DNA of 64,000 bases from Gemmatimonadota bacterium (lineage in GTDB: Bacteria > Gemmatimonadota > Gemmatimonadetes > Palauibacterales > KS3-K002): the NCBI GenBank assembly GCA_039586795.1, contig JBDHJS010000001.1:64001-128000 (forward strand), in the 5' to 3' direction. Position numbers and translations under genes: made by a program. The notes under the pieces are model-generated. The model worked only from the letters and a program-made list of their open reading frames with translations. It was not told the DNA's origin and did not search any database. Below are positions 1 through 10,399 of this stretch, in pieces (position 1 is the stretch's first letter; each line of letters starts with the position of its first letter).

Positions 1-692
1 TCGCATACGATCTCGAGCAAGCGGTTGTAGGTCAGCTTGTGAGGCCCGCCGATGTCATAGCGCGTCCCGGCGAGGTCCGAGCGTTCGGCGGCCTGTACGA
101 AGATGTTCGCCACATCCTCCACATCGACGGGCTGCAGCCTGTAAGTGCCGTCACCGATCACCGGAAGAACGGGCGCGTGGCGCACCAGCCGCACCAGGAG
201 CTGAGTGAATTCGCCTTCCGGCCCAACGATGACCGACGGGCGGAAGATCACTGACGGGATCGCGGAGCGCTGTACGGACTCCTCAGCCTCGTGCTTCGTT
301 CGCATGTATTCCGTGCCCTCTGAATCGGAGCCCAGGGCGCTCATGTGAACGAACTTTGAGACGCCTGCTCGCTCGGCTGCTTCGAGGATGCGCGCCGTAC
401 CTCTCGTGTGCACGGCCTCGAAGGTCACGTTGGGCGGTTTCTCCCTTATGATGCCCACCAGGTGAATGACCACGTCGCACCCGTCGATCGCGTCCGCGGA
501 CAACGCGCCAACGAGATCGCCCGTGACAAGCTCGACACCGAGCTCGCGAAGCTCTTCGCTGCCTGCCGGCGAGCGGACCAGCATGCGAACGCCATGGCCA
601 CGCTCCGCGAGACGCCGGACCACGTAACGGCCGACGAAGCCGGTCCCGCCGGTGAGGAATACCGTTAGCCGTCGATCCGCCGTGCCGTTCAT
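1..692 (-). CDS. NAD(P)-binding SDR / NDUFA9-like epimerase family protein (runs off window start)
   Basis: Not in ORF track. Read manually from ATG at 692: MNGTADRRLTVFLTGGTGFVGRYVVRRLAERGH, a Rossmann TGGTGFVG motif; later YMRTK (YxxxK). Frame open to position 1. Confidence 0.85.
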   Translation of the reverse strand, partial: MNGTADRRLTVFLTGGTGFVGRYVVRRLAERGHGVRMLVRSPAGSEELRELGVELVTGDLVGALSADAIDGCDVVIHLVGIIREKPPNVTFEAVHTRGTARILEAAERAGVSKFVHMSALGSDSEGTEYMRTKHEAEESVQRSAIPSVIFRPSVIVGPEGEFTQLLVRLVRHAPVLPVIGDGTYRLQPVDVEDVANIFVQAAERSDLAGTRYDIGGPHKLTYNRLLEIVC

Positions 693-699
693 ATTCGGG

Positions 700-1194
700 T
701 TATTTCCCCTTGGGCCGGGAAGGCGTTCGAAGCACCGTTGGTCGCCGAGGCCTCCGCAACCCGGATCGCCCCATCGCCCGACCGAGCACCTGACGCGCAT
801 TCTCGTAGGTCACTCGAGCCACCGCCTCCATCGGGTCCAGCCAGGCACACTCCCGGATCCCCTCGGCTAACTGCGGGCGCGCTTCTTCGTCCGGGTCGCC
901 GATCAACAAGAAGTAGTCGCAGAACTTATGCACCAACGCTTTGCTCGACCGAAAGTACCAGTCCGTAGTAGCAAGCTGATCGGCGATTTCCAGGCGTTCC
1001 AACCCGGTTTCCTCGCGACACTCGCGAAGCGCGGCGTCTCGATTCGTCTCACCGGCTTCGACGTGTCCCTTTGGAAAACCCCAGTTGCCGTAGCTGTCCT
1101 TTATCAACAGAAATTCGATGTCCCCAGCCGCCGTCTGCCGTTGAATGACACCACCAGCACTGAACTCGATCCGCACGGGCCGCAGACCCACCAT
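700..1194 (-). CDS. NUDIX hydrolase (Ap4A hydrolase-like)
   Basis: Nudix box GHVEAGETNRDAALRECREETGL preceded by WGFPK. Confidence 0.9.
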   Translation of the reverse strand: MVGLRPVRIEFSAGGVIQRQTAAGDIEFLLIKDSYGNWGFPKGHVEAGETNRDAALRECREETGLERLEIADQLATTDWYFRSSKALVHKFCDYFLLIGDPDEEARPQLAEGIRECAWLDPMEAVARVTYENARQVLGRAMGRSGLRRPRRPTVLRTPSRPKGK

Positions 1195-2013
1195 TCAGAC
1201 CTCCACGAAACTGGGCGCGGGAGCCCGCTGGAGGGCGCCGAGCTCGGCGGCGCGCTTGAAGAACTCCTGGAGCCCGGCGGCGAGCTCCGCGTTCCAACCG
1301 TATTCAAGGCTTCGCCAGTAATCGAGCAGTCCCTCTGTCGTCCAACCGAACCCGGCGGCCAGACGGCCGGCGAGCTCCGGCAAGCGCTCCATCGACCAGT
1401 CGCGCGACGCGTGCAGCGCACCGGTCAGTCGGGTCAGCTCCTCGTCGCGTTCGCGGCCCGTGGCGGTCTGCCAGAGCGCGAAGACGAAGGGGAGGCCCGT
1501 CCAATCCTGCCAGACGCTTCCCAGGTCGTGAGCGCTCAAGCCGTCTCTCGTTGACTGGCGATGCGCGATGTCGCCGATGAACAGCGCGCCGTCGGCGCCG
1601 GAGGCCAGAGGGTCTTCCGATTCCTGGTCGAACCAGGAGTACTCCGGACGGATGCCGACACGCTGCGTCAGTATTATCTTGAGCAACACCACCGAAGTGG
1701 CGGAGGATGTGGGTATCGCGATCCGCGAGTCATCGGTCAGTTGTTCGATCGGCACTCGGGTCAGGAACTGGATCGTCCGGACCGGCCCATTCGCCGAGAT
1801 CGATAGACCCGGCAACGCGCGGTAGCGGTCGGCGTGTCTGCCGTACTCTATGCTGGATGCCGGCGCGACATCGATCGCGCCGCGCTCCAGCAGGGCGTTC
1901 AATTGGCCGGGCACACCGTGGACCAGCTGGACGGACGGCGGCGGTCCGACCTCCAACAGCTGGCCGTGCACGGGATAGCAATTGCTGTAGTTTATGTGTC
2001 CTAGCCTGAGCAT
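1195..2013 (-). CDS. mqnA: Chorismate dehydratase, futalosine menaquinone pathway
   Basis: LRLGHINYSNCYP, SATS, LFIGD and DLGSVWQDWTGLPFVFALW motifs; start reset to ATG at 2013. Confidence 0.85.
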   Translation of the reverse strand: MLRLGHINYSNCYPVHGQLLEVGPPPSVQLVHGVPGQLNALLERGAIDVAPASSIEYGRHADRYRALPGLSISANGPVRTIQFLTRVPIEQLTDDSRIAIPTSSATSVVLLKIILTQRVGIRPEYSWFDQESEDPLASGADGALFIGDIAHRQSTRDGLSAHDLGSVWQDWTGLPFVFALWQTATGRERDEELTRLTGALHASRDWSMERLPELAGRLAAGFGWTTEGLLDYWRSLEYGWNAELAAGLQEFFKRAAELGALQRAPAPSFVEV

Positions 2014-2114
2014 AGTTGAGCAAGCTAAGTTGAGTCCGTGTTGGCGGGCAACGCCGATGGTGTGACGAGCCGGACAGCAGCCCGCACCGGAGAGAGGAGC
2101 CGATACCGTTGTCG

Positions 2115-3050
2115 ATGGCACACATACGTTGGTCGCAGCTCCGCATCGGGCTGTTTGTAACGGTGATCTCGATCGCATCGGCCATCGTCGTGTTCTTCAT
2201 CGACCGCTTCAGCGATATGCTCTCCGAGCCCTACACGCTGTATTTTCACACCCTCACCAACCAACCGCTAGCACGGCGGGCGCCCGTATGGCTGGCCGGG
2301 CAGCCGGTTGGACACGTTCAGAGCTTGAGGCTCTTCACGCCCGAGATAGGTCAACAAGACGTGTTGAGCGTCGAGATGGCCATCGACCAGAGCGCCATGC
2401 CTTTCATCACAGAAGGCGCCGGCGTACGGGTCACCAGCGCCGGCCTGCTGGGAGAGGCCATCGTGAACATCACGCCGGCCACGGAGCCGGGACCGCCGGT
2501 GCCGGAAGGATCGGTGCTTCCCGCCGCGTACTTCATCGACCCGCAAGAGGCAACCCACAAGTTCAGGGCGATCTCCGACTCGCTGAAGCCGGTTATCGAT
2601 CGGTGGGGCGAGGTGCTTCAACTGGCGCGGCACGGAGACGGTACCCTGAGCAGGTTGATGCGCCAACCGAGTGACCTACTGGACCTACACGCCAATCTGC
2701 AGGCCGCGGCCGTGACGCTCGACACGGTGGGCCGGGTGGCGGGTGGACTGGCGGGACTATTCAGCGAACCCGACGTGCGCGGCGCGCTCGACCAACTCGG
2801 TCCCCGTCTCGAGACGCTGATGAACCGTTGGAACGACCCGACCGGAAGCGTCGGTCAATTCAGCAGCGACACGACGCTCGCCACACACCTGGAGAGCATT
2901 CAGCGCACCGTGGCGCAGGTGAACGAGCGCCTGGAAACGGGAGACGGGACGCTGGGCCGATTCAAGTCCGATCGGGCCCTAGCCGAGGAGTTAGAGCGGA
3001 CACGGGAACTACTTCAAGCCCTGCGGCGGGACCTCTCCGGGGGAGGCTAA
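2115..3050 (+). CDS. MlaD/MCE family protein
   Basis: N-terminal TM, MCE motifs APVWLAGQPVGHV and GLLGE..VNITP, helical tail ending DGTLGRF. Confidence 0.85.
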   Translation: MAHIRWSQLRIGLFVTVISIASAIVVFFIDRFSDMLSEPYTLYFHTLTNQPLARRAPVWLAGQPVGHVQSLRLFTPEIGQQDVLSVEMAIDQSAMPFITEGAGVRVTSAGLLGEAIVNITPATEPGPPVPEGSVLPAAYFIDPQEATHKFRAISDSLKPVIDRWGEVLQLARHGDGTLSRLMRQPSDLLDLHANLQAAAVTLDTVGRVAGGLAGLFSEPDVRGALDQLGPRLETLMNRWNDPTGSVGQFSSDTTLATHLESIQRTVAQVNERLETGDGTLGRFKSDRALAEELERTRELLQALRRDLSGGG

Positions 3051-3051
3051 C

Positions 3052-3090
3052 AATCCCCGAACCTCGTAATCCCCGAACCCCCGAATCCCA
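3052..3090. repeat. Octamer tandem repeat (AATCCCCG-like x5)
   Basis: aatccccg aacctcgt aatccccg aacccccg aatccca between convergent genes. Confidence 0.8.
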
Positions 3091-3477
3091 TCACCTCCCC
3101 CGCCGACGCCCCCTCCTCGCCTTACCCAGATCCCCTCTCTTCGGCAGCGACCCATCAATGATGAACGTGATGTCGCCTTTGCCGTCTGAGGAGCGGGAGG
3201 TGACCACGATCTGATCGACCTGGCTCTTCGCATCGTCCACCGTCACCTCGAAGTTGACCTTCCCGTCGGCCGATGTGATTCGCGTCCGTACTTTGTCGCC
3301 GGGATCGCGCTCGGCACAGGTCGCCGGATTCCGAAACAGCGTCTTGGTGGACTGACGGTTACCCGCCGACAGCGTGCGGGAGATCTTGATCTGCCGCAGC
3401 CAGTCGGGCTGGTAGCTGATTTTGTACTTGGCACCGTGCTGATCGATGCCTTCTCCATCGCGATTATGCCGGGCCAT
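3091..3477 (-). CDS. Hypothetical basic protein
   Basis: 128-aa ORF with GGAG upstream and an Arg-rich C-terminus (KARRGRRRGR). Confidence 0.7.
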   Translation of the reverse strand: MARHNRDGEGIDQHGAKYKISYQPDWLRQIKISRTLSAGNRQSTKTLFRNPATCAERDPGDKVRTRITSADGKVNFEVTVDDAKSQVDQIVVTSRSSDGKGDITFIIDGSLPKRGDLGKARRGRRRGR

Positions 3478-3593
3478 GCGGTAAGGCTCCCCCCAGGATG
3501 CGGCGCGGCGGTGTCGCCAAGAATAAAGAAAGGGCCTTCAATTTTTGCGGAGAGTCGTCGCGCGTCAAGTCACCGCGGTCTGTTTCTTCAGCC

Positions 3594-4766
3594 TCATATG
3601 CGGAACGGAACCGGAACGAAGCAGAGCAAGAACACGATCGCCGTCGCCAGACCGACATAAGCTCTCTCTCGGTTCAGCCCCTCCCGCGCATCGAACAGCG
3701 GCGGATGCTGGATCTTGCCGCGACCGACCGCGAAGACCAGCGCCGCCCAGACCCACCATCCGGCCCAGAGGAAGCCCAGCGGAATCAGCGCCAGGAAGAA
3801 GGTCCAGGCCAGCGCCCGCTGTCGTTGGCCCACGACCGCGTAGAGGATGTGCCCACCGTCCAGTTGCGATATGGGGAGCAAGTTCAACGCCGTGACGAAC
3901 AGCCCCAGCCAGCCGGCGAAGGCGACGGGATGAAGCTCCAATACCTGGCCGGGCCCAGGGAAACCGAGCAGCGCACGGGTCATCGCGAGGAGAATCGGCG
4001 AGCCTCCCAGCCAGAAGACCTCCGTTCCCGCGAACCGTACCATCAAGAGACCGGGCAGCTCCGCCGTCACGTTGAGCACCCTACTGTGCGCCAGCCCCCA
4101 CCAGAGTACGGGTATCGACACGAGGAAGCTCATCAGTGGGCCGGCGACGCCGACATCGAGCAGTTGCCGACGGCTGAGGACCGGCGATCGCAATCGAATG
4201 AACGCGCCCAGGGTTCCGATCACAGAGATGTAGGGCGGAAACGGAATGAAGAACGGAGGGGTCACGCTGATCCGGTAGTGCCGCGCAGCGAAGTAGTGAC
4301 CGGCTTCGTGTAAGGCGAGGATACCTACCAGCGTGAGTCCGAACGGGAGGCCGGCCGGCAGCTGACCCAAATCGATGCCCACCGGAACCGGTATCCACCA
4401 ACCGCCGAACAGCGTCAGCGCGATGAACTCAACCGGTTGATGGCCCGACAACAGACTCCCGGCTATGACCGTACTGAACAACGTAGCGAGAAAGAGCAGG
4501 CTGTGCAGCCACCAGCGCTCGCGCCGCGGCGCCGCCTGGAAGAGCAGCATTTCGTACCCGAAGGCACCTTTCCGAAAGGCGTGCGAGCCTTGCCAATCGG
4601 CAAGCACTTCCCGAACCTCTGGCGAACGGGGGTCCAGGCCCGGCAAGAGAGTGCCAGAAACGATTCGACCCTTACGCACGGGCTCGACGCTATAGAAGGC
4701 GAGGATCCGGGCAAGCTCGGGTAGCACTTGACCCGCTGGTGTAGGGCTGTTAGTATGCGAAGTCAC
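3594..4766 (-). CDS. Site-2 protease (M50 intramembrane metalloprotease)
   Basis: HEAGH zinc motif, AGP motif, NLLPISQLDGGH, multiple TMs; start uncertain. Confidence 0.9.
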   Translation of the reverse strand: MTSHTNSPTPAGQVLPELARILAFYSVEPVRKGRIVSGTLLPGLDPRSPEVREVLADWQGSHAFRKGAFGYEMLLFQAAPRRERWWLHSLLFLATLFSTVIAGSLLSGHQPVEFIALTLFGGWWIPVPVGIDLGQLPAGLPFGLTLVGILALHEAGHYFAARHYRISVTPPFFIPFPPYISVIGTLGAFIRLRSPVLSRRQLLDVGVAGPLMSFLVSIPVLWWGLAHSRVLNVTAELPGLLMVRFAGTEVFWLGGSPILLAMTRALLGFPGPGQVLELHPVAFAGWLGLFVTALNLLPISQLDGGHILYAVVGQRQRALAWTFFLALIPLGFLWAGWWVWAALVFAVGRGKIQHPPLFDAREGLNRERAYVGLATAIVFLLCFVPVPFRI

Positions 4767-4976
4767 CGACCAGCACCCCGCGTCACTGCGCCGCGACCAA
4801 TTACTCCAGAAAACAACAGAAAGCAGCTTTCGAGTAGAGCACGTAAATCCGAGGAGTTCAATAAGTTAACCCTCTCCGCCTTTCACGTCTGGCGGTAGGT
4901 GATTCCAAGCCAGGGCCCCTATCAAAAAACGAACTCCCCAGCCTAGAAACTGAACGACCACCACACGAGAAGCATC

Positions 4977-6239
4977 ATGAGTAACTCCCTAGACATAGCC
5001 GAGCTTAAGGCCAAATCGGTACAAGACCTCCATGAGATGGCCGAGGAGCTCAACATCCAGAACTACTCCGGCCTGCGCAAGCAGGACCTGATCTTCCGCA
5101 TCGAACAGAACTTGCTCGACTCCGACGTGATCCTCCGCGCCGAAGGCGTGCTGGAGATTCTGCCGGAGGGCTACGGTTTCCTGCGCAGCCAGGACTGGAA
5201 CTATCTGTACGGTCCGGATGACATCTACGTGTCTCCATCACAGATCAAGCGATTCGATCTGCGGACCGGCGATACCGTATTGGGCCAAGTGCGGCCTCCC
5301 AAAGAGGGCGAGCGATACCTGGCGCTGCTCAAGGTGGAGGTCGTCAACGGTGAGGATCCGGAGAAGTCGAAGCATCGGATCAGCTTCGACAATCTGCGGC
5401 CCCGTTATCCGGAGGAGCGCATCACCCTGGAGCGCAAGAACGGCGACATCGCCAACCGGATCATCGATCTGGTCGCGCCCACCGGGAAGGGTCAGCGCGG
5501 CCTCATAACCTCGCCGCCGAAGGCCGGTAAGACAATCCTCCTGCAAAAGGTCGCCAATGCGATCACCGAAAACCACCCCGACGTTCACCTCATCGTTCTG
5601 CTCATCGACGAGCGTCCGGAAGAGGTGACGGACATGGAGGAGCACGTCGATGCTGAAGTGATCGCGTCGACGTTCGATGAGCCAGCCGATCGTCACACTC
5701 AGGTCGCCGAGATGGTGATCGAGAAGGCCAAGCGTCTCGTAGAGCACAAGCACGACGTTGTGATTCTGCTCGACTCGATCACTCGATTGGCTCGCGCCTA
5801 CAACGTCGTTGTGCCCCACTCGGGTAAGATCCTGTCCGGTGGTGTGGACGCCAACGCGCTTCACAAGCCGAAACGGTTCTTTGGCTCGGCGCGTAACCTG
5901 GAAGAGGGCGGCAGTCTGACGATCATCGCGACGGCGCTCATCGAGACCGGTTCCCGAATGGACGAGGTGATCTTCGAGGAATTCAAAGGCACCGGCAACA
6001 TGGAGATTGTCCTCGATCGACATATCGCCGACAAGCGCATCTTCCCCGCAATCGACATTAACCGATCCGGAACGCGCCGCGAAGAATTGCTGCTCGACGA
6101 GAAGACTCTCAACCGGATGTACCTGCTCAGAAACTTCCTCGCCGATATGCCGCCGGCGGAGTCGATCGAGTTCTTGATTCAGAGGATGAAGCGGGCGGAG
6201 AATAATGACGAGTTCTTGGATTCGATGCAGGAAGGGTGA
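4977..6239 (+). CDS. rho: Transcription termination factor Rho
   Basis: [17 protein letters not shown]-loop [25 protein letters not shown]. Confidence 0.99.
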   Translation: MSNSLDIAELKAKSVQDLHEMAEELNIQNYSGLRKQDLIFRIEQNLLDSDVILRAEGVLEILPEGYGFLRSQDWNYLYGPDDIYVSPSQIKRFDLRTGDTVLGQVRPPKEGERYLALLKVEVVNGEDPEKSKHRISFDNLRPRYPEERITLERKNGDIANRIIDLVAPTGKGQRGLITSPPKAGKTILLQKVANAITENHPDVHLIVLLIDERPEEVTDMEEHVDAEVIASTFDEPADRHTQVAEMVIEKAKRLVEHKHDVVILLDSITRLARAYNVVVPHSGKILSGGVDANALHKPKRFFGSARNLEEGGSLTIIATALIETGSRMDEVIFEEFKGTGNMEIVLDRHIADKRIFPAIDINRSGTRREELLLDEKTLNRMYLLRNFLADMPPAESIEFLIQRMKRAENNDEFLDSMQEG

Positions 6240-6241
6240 TT

Positions 6242-6388
6242 GGGCGTAGGGGGTTGAGGGTAGAGAGTAGAGGGTAGGAGGCGGACGCGCAGCTGACAGT
6301 CAAAGAACAGAAACGGCCGGACGTGCTTGCCGCGCGCCGGCCGTCTTCTTTCCCCCTACTCCCTACCCTTCACCCCCTACGCCCTACG
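6242..6388. repeat. Inverted pair of heptamer (GTAGRGG-like) arrays
   Basis: Left arm gggc gtagggg gttgagg gtagaga gtagagg is a near reverse complement of right arm cccctac tccctac ccttcac cccctac gccc. Confidence 0.8.
6313..6351 (+). terminator. Intrinsic terminator downstream of rho
   Basis: Stem ACGGCCGG/CCGGCCGT followed by CTTCTTT. Confidence 0.6.
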
Positions 6389-6932
6389 CGTCACCACTCT
6401 CCCCAAGCAAATCTTCATACTCCGGATTAACCACCAGCCGTCCCGACTCACTCTCAACCACCTCCCTATCCCAGGGGAAGACAACAATGCCGTCCGTGGC
6501 AAGGGCGAAGTAATCGGGCTGGTAGCCGCCTTCGCGGACCAGAGACGTGGCGGTGCGCACCTCCGTGGGCCCGACGTCGCGTACGGCGGCGAGGGCGAGG
6601 CGCATCGTGTCGCCGCTGTCACAGATTTCATCGACGAGTAGCACATTGCGGCCCGCCAGTTGCGGCGGTGCGACGGACAACACCTCCGGGCGCTGAAGCG
6701 AGCCATCGTCGTCCTCGCGGCGGGTGATCTTTATGGCGTAGAACGGCTTCTGAAGCATGGCGGCAACGACAGCGCCGGGGATCACGCCGGCGGCGGCGAT
6801 CCCGACAACGACATCGGGCTCGAAATCGCGAGCCACGGTAATCCCGAGAACGCGGCAGAGCTCGCCGAACAACTCCCAAGAAAGCTCCAGAACGCCATCG
6901 CCGTGCAGGTCGGTGAAATCGAGTTCGGCCAC
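6384..6932 (-). CDS. Type I phosphoribosyltransferase
   Basis: PRPP-binding motif VLLVDEICDSGDT; C-terminal IVFPW. Confidence 0.9.
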   Translation of the reverse strand: MAELDFTDLHGDGVLELSWELFGELCRVLGITVARDFEPDVVVGIAAAGVIPGAVVAAMLQKPFYAIKITRREDDDGSLQRPEVLSVAPPQLAGRNVLLVDEICDSGDTMRLALAAVRDVGPTEVRTATSLVREGGYQPDYFALATDGIVVFPWDREVVESESGRLVVNPEYEDLLGESGDA

Positions 6933-7100
6933 GCTCGCTCCTATTGTTAGAATGAAGTCGAAGATTGCCGGTTTGTAAGAGGCCAGTCAACAGATACGAA
7001 ATACCCTCCCCCTGTTGGAGCGCTCGAGCATCCACTATTTTGCAGGTGTCTTCGGTGTCTCTTCGCGACACGATCTTGTAGGGGACGGGAGAGTGGTGTT

Positions 7101-9563
7101 GTGACCAAGATCGCCAGCGCTCGACGCGAGCGCATCCTGAATCGATTCCTTGAAGAAGAGCTGCGCGAGTCGTTCATCGACTATTCGATGAGCGTGATCG
7201 TGCAACGGGCGTTGCCAGACGCGCGCGATGGGCTTAAGCCGGTTCAACGGCGCATCCTCTACGCGATGCACGAGCTGGGGCTTGCGCCCGAGAAGGGCCA
7301 CAAGAAGTGCGCGACCGTCGTTGGTGACGTGCTGGGCAAGTACCACCCGCACGGCGATGCGGCGGTATACGAGACGTTAGTGCGGATGGCGCAGCCGTTC
7401 TCGATGCGCTACATGCCGGTCGACGGCCAGGGGAACTTTGGCTCGATCGACGGCGATCCGGCGGCCGCTTATCGCTATACCGAGGCGCGGTTGGCGCCGA
7501 TCGCCACCGACCTGCTCCGCGATCTCGAAAAAGACACCGTCTCCTTCAAGCCGAATTACGACGGGCGCCTCAAAGAGCCCGAAGTGTTGCCGGCGGGCTT
7601 TCCGCAGCTCCTGGTTTGCGGAACCGACGGGATCGCGGTTGGCATGGCGACAAAGATACCGCCGCACAACCTGGGCGAGATCGCCGAAGCGGCGGCGCAG
7701 ATCCTGGGGCGACCCAACACATCGATGAACAAGCTGCTCGAGATCGTGAAGGGTCCTGACTTCCCGACCGGCGCCTATATCTGGGGCCGCGAAGGGATCG
7801 AGGGTGCGTATCGGACGGGCCGCGGCCGAATCATCATGCGGGCCCGCGCTCACGTCGAGCAGGGCGCCTACGGCAAACCATCACTGGTGATCACGGAGCT
7901 GCCGTATCAGGTGAGCAAGCAGCGCGTGATCGAGAACATCGCTGACCTGGTCCGTAAAGGCACGCTGCAAGGCGTTACCGATCTGCGCGACGAAAGCGAT
8001 CGGGACGGCGTGCGAGTGGTGTTGGAGCTGAAGCGCGACGCACAACCGAGGAAGCTGTTGGAGAAGCTCTTCACCAAGACACAACTCCAGTACACCTACG
8101 GCGTGATCGCCCTCGCCCTGGTGAACGGTGTACCGACCCAGCTCAACTTGAAAGAAGCGCTAGAAGTCTGGATCGATCATCGTCTCGACGTAATCGTGCG
8201 CCGTTCCCGCTACAACCTGGCGAAAGCCGAGGAGCGCGCCCACATAGTCGCCGGTTTGTTGATCGCTCTCGATGACATCGACGAGGTCGTGCAGATCATC
8301 AAGTCGAGCCGCACGCCGGAGACGGCAGCGAAGAACCTGCGTTCGGCACTCAAAATCACAGCGCGTCAGGCGGCGGCCATTCTGGCGATGCGATTGAGCC
8401 AACTGACAAATCTGGAAAGCCGCAAGCTCAAGGAAGAGCTGGCGCAACTGGAGAAGCGGATCAAAACCCTGAAAGCGCTGCTGGCCGATGAGAAGAAACG
8501 TCGCGACCTGGTGCGCAGGGAGCTGTTGACGATCGCCGAGCGCTACGGCGACGCGCGGCGAACGGAGATACTGGAGGACGGCGGTCGTTTTCCACTGCCC
8601 AGCGGCGGCGCGGAGCAGGAAATGCACGTCTTCCTCACCCATCACGGGTACATCAAAGCGCTTCCGGCGCGGAGCGCCGACAACGACGGCGGCAGAGCCG
8701 CCGCGGAGAGCCTGGAAGCGGGTCGCAAGGATTTCGTGACCCGGCTGTGGCTCTGCAAATCGGATGAGCAACTTCTGGCGTTCACGCGCGATGGTAACGT
8801 GTACGCGTCGAAGATCGGCGATTTGCCGCAAGGTACGCGATCGTCTCGGGGCCAGAAGCTAGTGGACGTGCTGGATCTCGATGAGGAGATCGCCGCCGTC
8901 CACACGGTTCGTGATTTCGCCGCCGATCGTTACGCGGTGTTCGCGACGCGAAAGGGTCGGGTGAAACGGACGGCGCTTTCCGAGTACAAGAACATCCGGA
9001 GCGGCGGGATCATCGCCACCGGTCTAGAGAAGAAGGACGAAGTCTACGACGTCTGCATCGCCGGCGGCGGCGATCAGATCGTGATGGCCACCGTCAAAGG
9101 ACAGATGATCCGCTTCGAGGAATCAGCGATCCGGCCGATGGGTCGCTCAGCTTCTGGTGTGAAGGGGATCGAGCTGGCGAAAGGCGACAGCGTGGCGGCG
9201 ATCGTCGTCCCGCGACCCGGCTCCGCCACCATAGGCGCGACCGCCGGAGGCTACGCTCGCATACTCGGACACGACGAACCCCGCGTCCAGGCCCGGGGAG
9301 GCAAGGGCGTGTTGTTCCTGCCCTCCCGCATCAAATCCGGCCCAGTCATCGGCATGCTCGACCTCTTGCCCGACGACATCGTGGTTGCCATCACCGTCTC
9401 CGGCGACGTGATCGCCATCGACCATCACGGTGGTAATGGCGGCCAGCCCGGGAAGCCGGTGCTGCTGCCGCTGCGCGGTCGCAAACTGACCGGAATAGCC
9501 CGGGCGCCCATCTGGCGGTCGGCGCCGACTTCTGGCATCGTGCAGATGAGCCTGCAGATTTAG
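7101..9563 (+). CDS. Type IIA topoisomerase subunit A (GyrA/ParC family, ParC-like CTD)
   Basis: [24 protein letters not shown], catalytic AYRYTEARL, beta-pinwheel CTD; blade-1 GyrA-box absent. Confidence 0.95.
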   Translation: MTKIASARRERILNRFLEEELRESFIDYSMSVIVQRALPDARDGLKPVQRRILYAMHELGLAPEKGHKKCATVVGDVLGKYHPHGDAAVYETLVRMAQPFSMRYMPVDGQGNFGSIDGDPAAAYRYTEARLAPIATDLLRDLEKDTVSFKPNYDGRLKEPEVLPAGFPQLLVCGTDGIAVGMATKIPPHNLGEIAEAAAQILGRPNTSMNKLLEIVKGPDFPTGAYIWGREGIEGAYRTGRGRIIMRARAHVEQGAYGKPSLVITELPYQVSKQRVIENIADLVRKGTLQGVTDLRDESDRDGVRVVLELKRDAQPRKLLEKLFTKTQLQYTYGVIALALVNGVPTQLNLKEALEVWIDHRLDVIVRRSRYNLAKAEERAHIVAGLLIALDDIDEVVQIIKSSRTPETAAKNLRSALKITARQAAAILAMRLSQLTNLESRKLKEELAQLEKRIKTLKALLADEKKRRDLVRRELLTIAERYGDARRTEILEDGGRFPLPSGGAEQEMHVFLTHHGYIKALPARSADNDGGRAAAESLEAGRKDFVTRLWLCKSDEQLLAFTRDGNVYASKIGDLPQGTRSSRGQKLVDVLDLDEEIAAVHTVRDFAADRYAVFATRKGRVKRTALSEYKNIRSGGIIATGLEKKDEVYDVCIAGGGDQIVMATVKGQMIRFEESAIRPMGRSASGVKGIELAKGDSVAAIVVPRPGSATIGATAGGYARILGHDEPRVQARGGKGVLFLPSRIKSGPVIGMLDLLPDDIVVAITVSGDVIAIDHHGGNGGQPGKPVLLPLRGRKLTGIARAPIWRSAPTSGIVQMSLQI

Positions 9564-9603
9564 ATCGGGCAACAAGCACGCGAACAGATCGGAGATCCAG
9601 CTG

Positions 9604-10392
9604 ATGAGGAGAGCTCCGCAGCTCCTGCTGACCTTTTGCGCCCTGGCCATGATAGGATGCGCCACACCGGAGCCCGAGGGGACCGCACTGGCCTGGCATG
9701 ATTCGGTGATGGTAGCGATGGGTGGCAAGAAGGCGTGGGAGCGAACCCGCTTCCTACAGTTCCGCTGGAACGTGATCAGAGATGGTCGAGTCGTTTCCCA
9801 ACGCATGCACTACTGGGACTTGTGGGACGGCCGCTATCGCCTGGAGACCACCTTCCAGACGGGCACGGGGCCGCAGCACGGCGGCGGCCAATCGCTAGTC
9901 GTCTATTTCGATGTGAACACCCGAGAGGGTCAGGCCTTCATAGGCGGAATGCAGTTCGGCGGAGCCATGGGCGACACGCTGGTGAAGCGGGCCCACGCCT
10001 GGTTCGTCAACGACAGCTTCTGGCTACTGATGCCCTACAAATGGAGGGACCCGGGTGTGCTTCCGGAGTACTTGGGTAACGAAACCAACGAGCACGGCGA
10101 CTGGGAAGTCGTACACCTTTCGTTCGATGAGGTCGGGCTGACACCGGGTGATCAGTACTGGGTCTACATCGACGCCGAATCGCCGCACCTGGTTCGCATG
10201 TGGCGGTACCATCTACAAGGACGCGATGACAAAGGCCCGTTCATTCGTTGGCAGAACTGGCAACAGTTCGGCGACATCCTGCTAGCGACACGGCGCGAGT
10301 CGGTGGACGGCGGTCTCGTGATCGAGTTTTCGGACATCAAGGCGGAACGCAGCGTGGATCCAAGCGTGTTCACGCCGCCGACAACCAACTGA
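9604..10392 (+). CDS. Hypothetical lipoprotein
   Basis: Lipobox-like AMIG-C; Trp-rich beta-strand body (AMGGKKAW, GLTPGDQYW). Confidence 0.75.
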   Translation: MRRAPQLLLTFCALAMIGCATPEPEGTALAWHDSVMVAMGGKKAWERTRFLQFRWNVIRDGRVVSQRMHYWDLWDGRYRLETTFQTGTGPQHGGGQSLVVYFDVNTREGQAFIGGMQFGGAMGDTLVKRAHAWFVNDSFWLLMPYKWRDPGVLPEYLGNETNEHGDWEVVHLSFDEVGLTPGDQYWVYIDAESPHLVRMWRYHLQGRDDKGPFIRWQNWQQFGDILLATRRESVDGGLVIEFSDIKAERSVDPSVFTPPTTN

Positions 10393-10399
10393 GGTACCG

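Noticed and set aside
3052..3090. Short repeats here, at 6242 and at 30773 as a CRISPR array
   Set aside because: Units are 7-8 bp in tandem without unique spacers, and there are no cas genes.
4770..4976. rho autoregulatory leader (C-rich, G-poor near the start codon)
   Set aside because: Plausible by analogy with E. coli, but composition alone is insufficient support.
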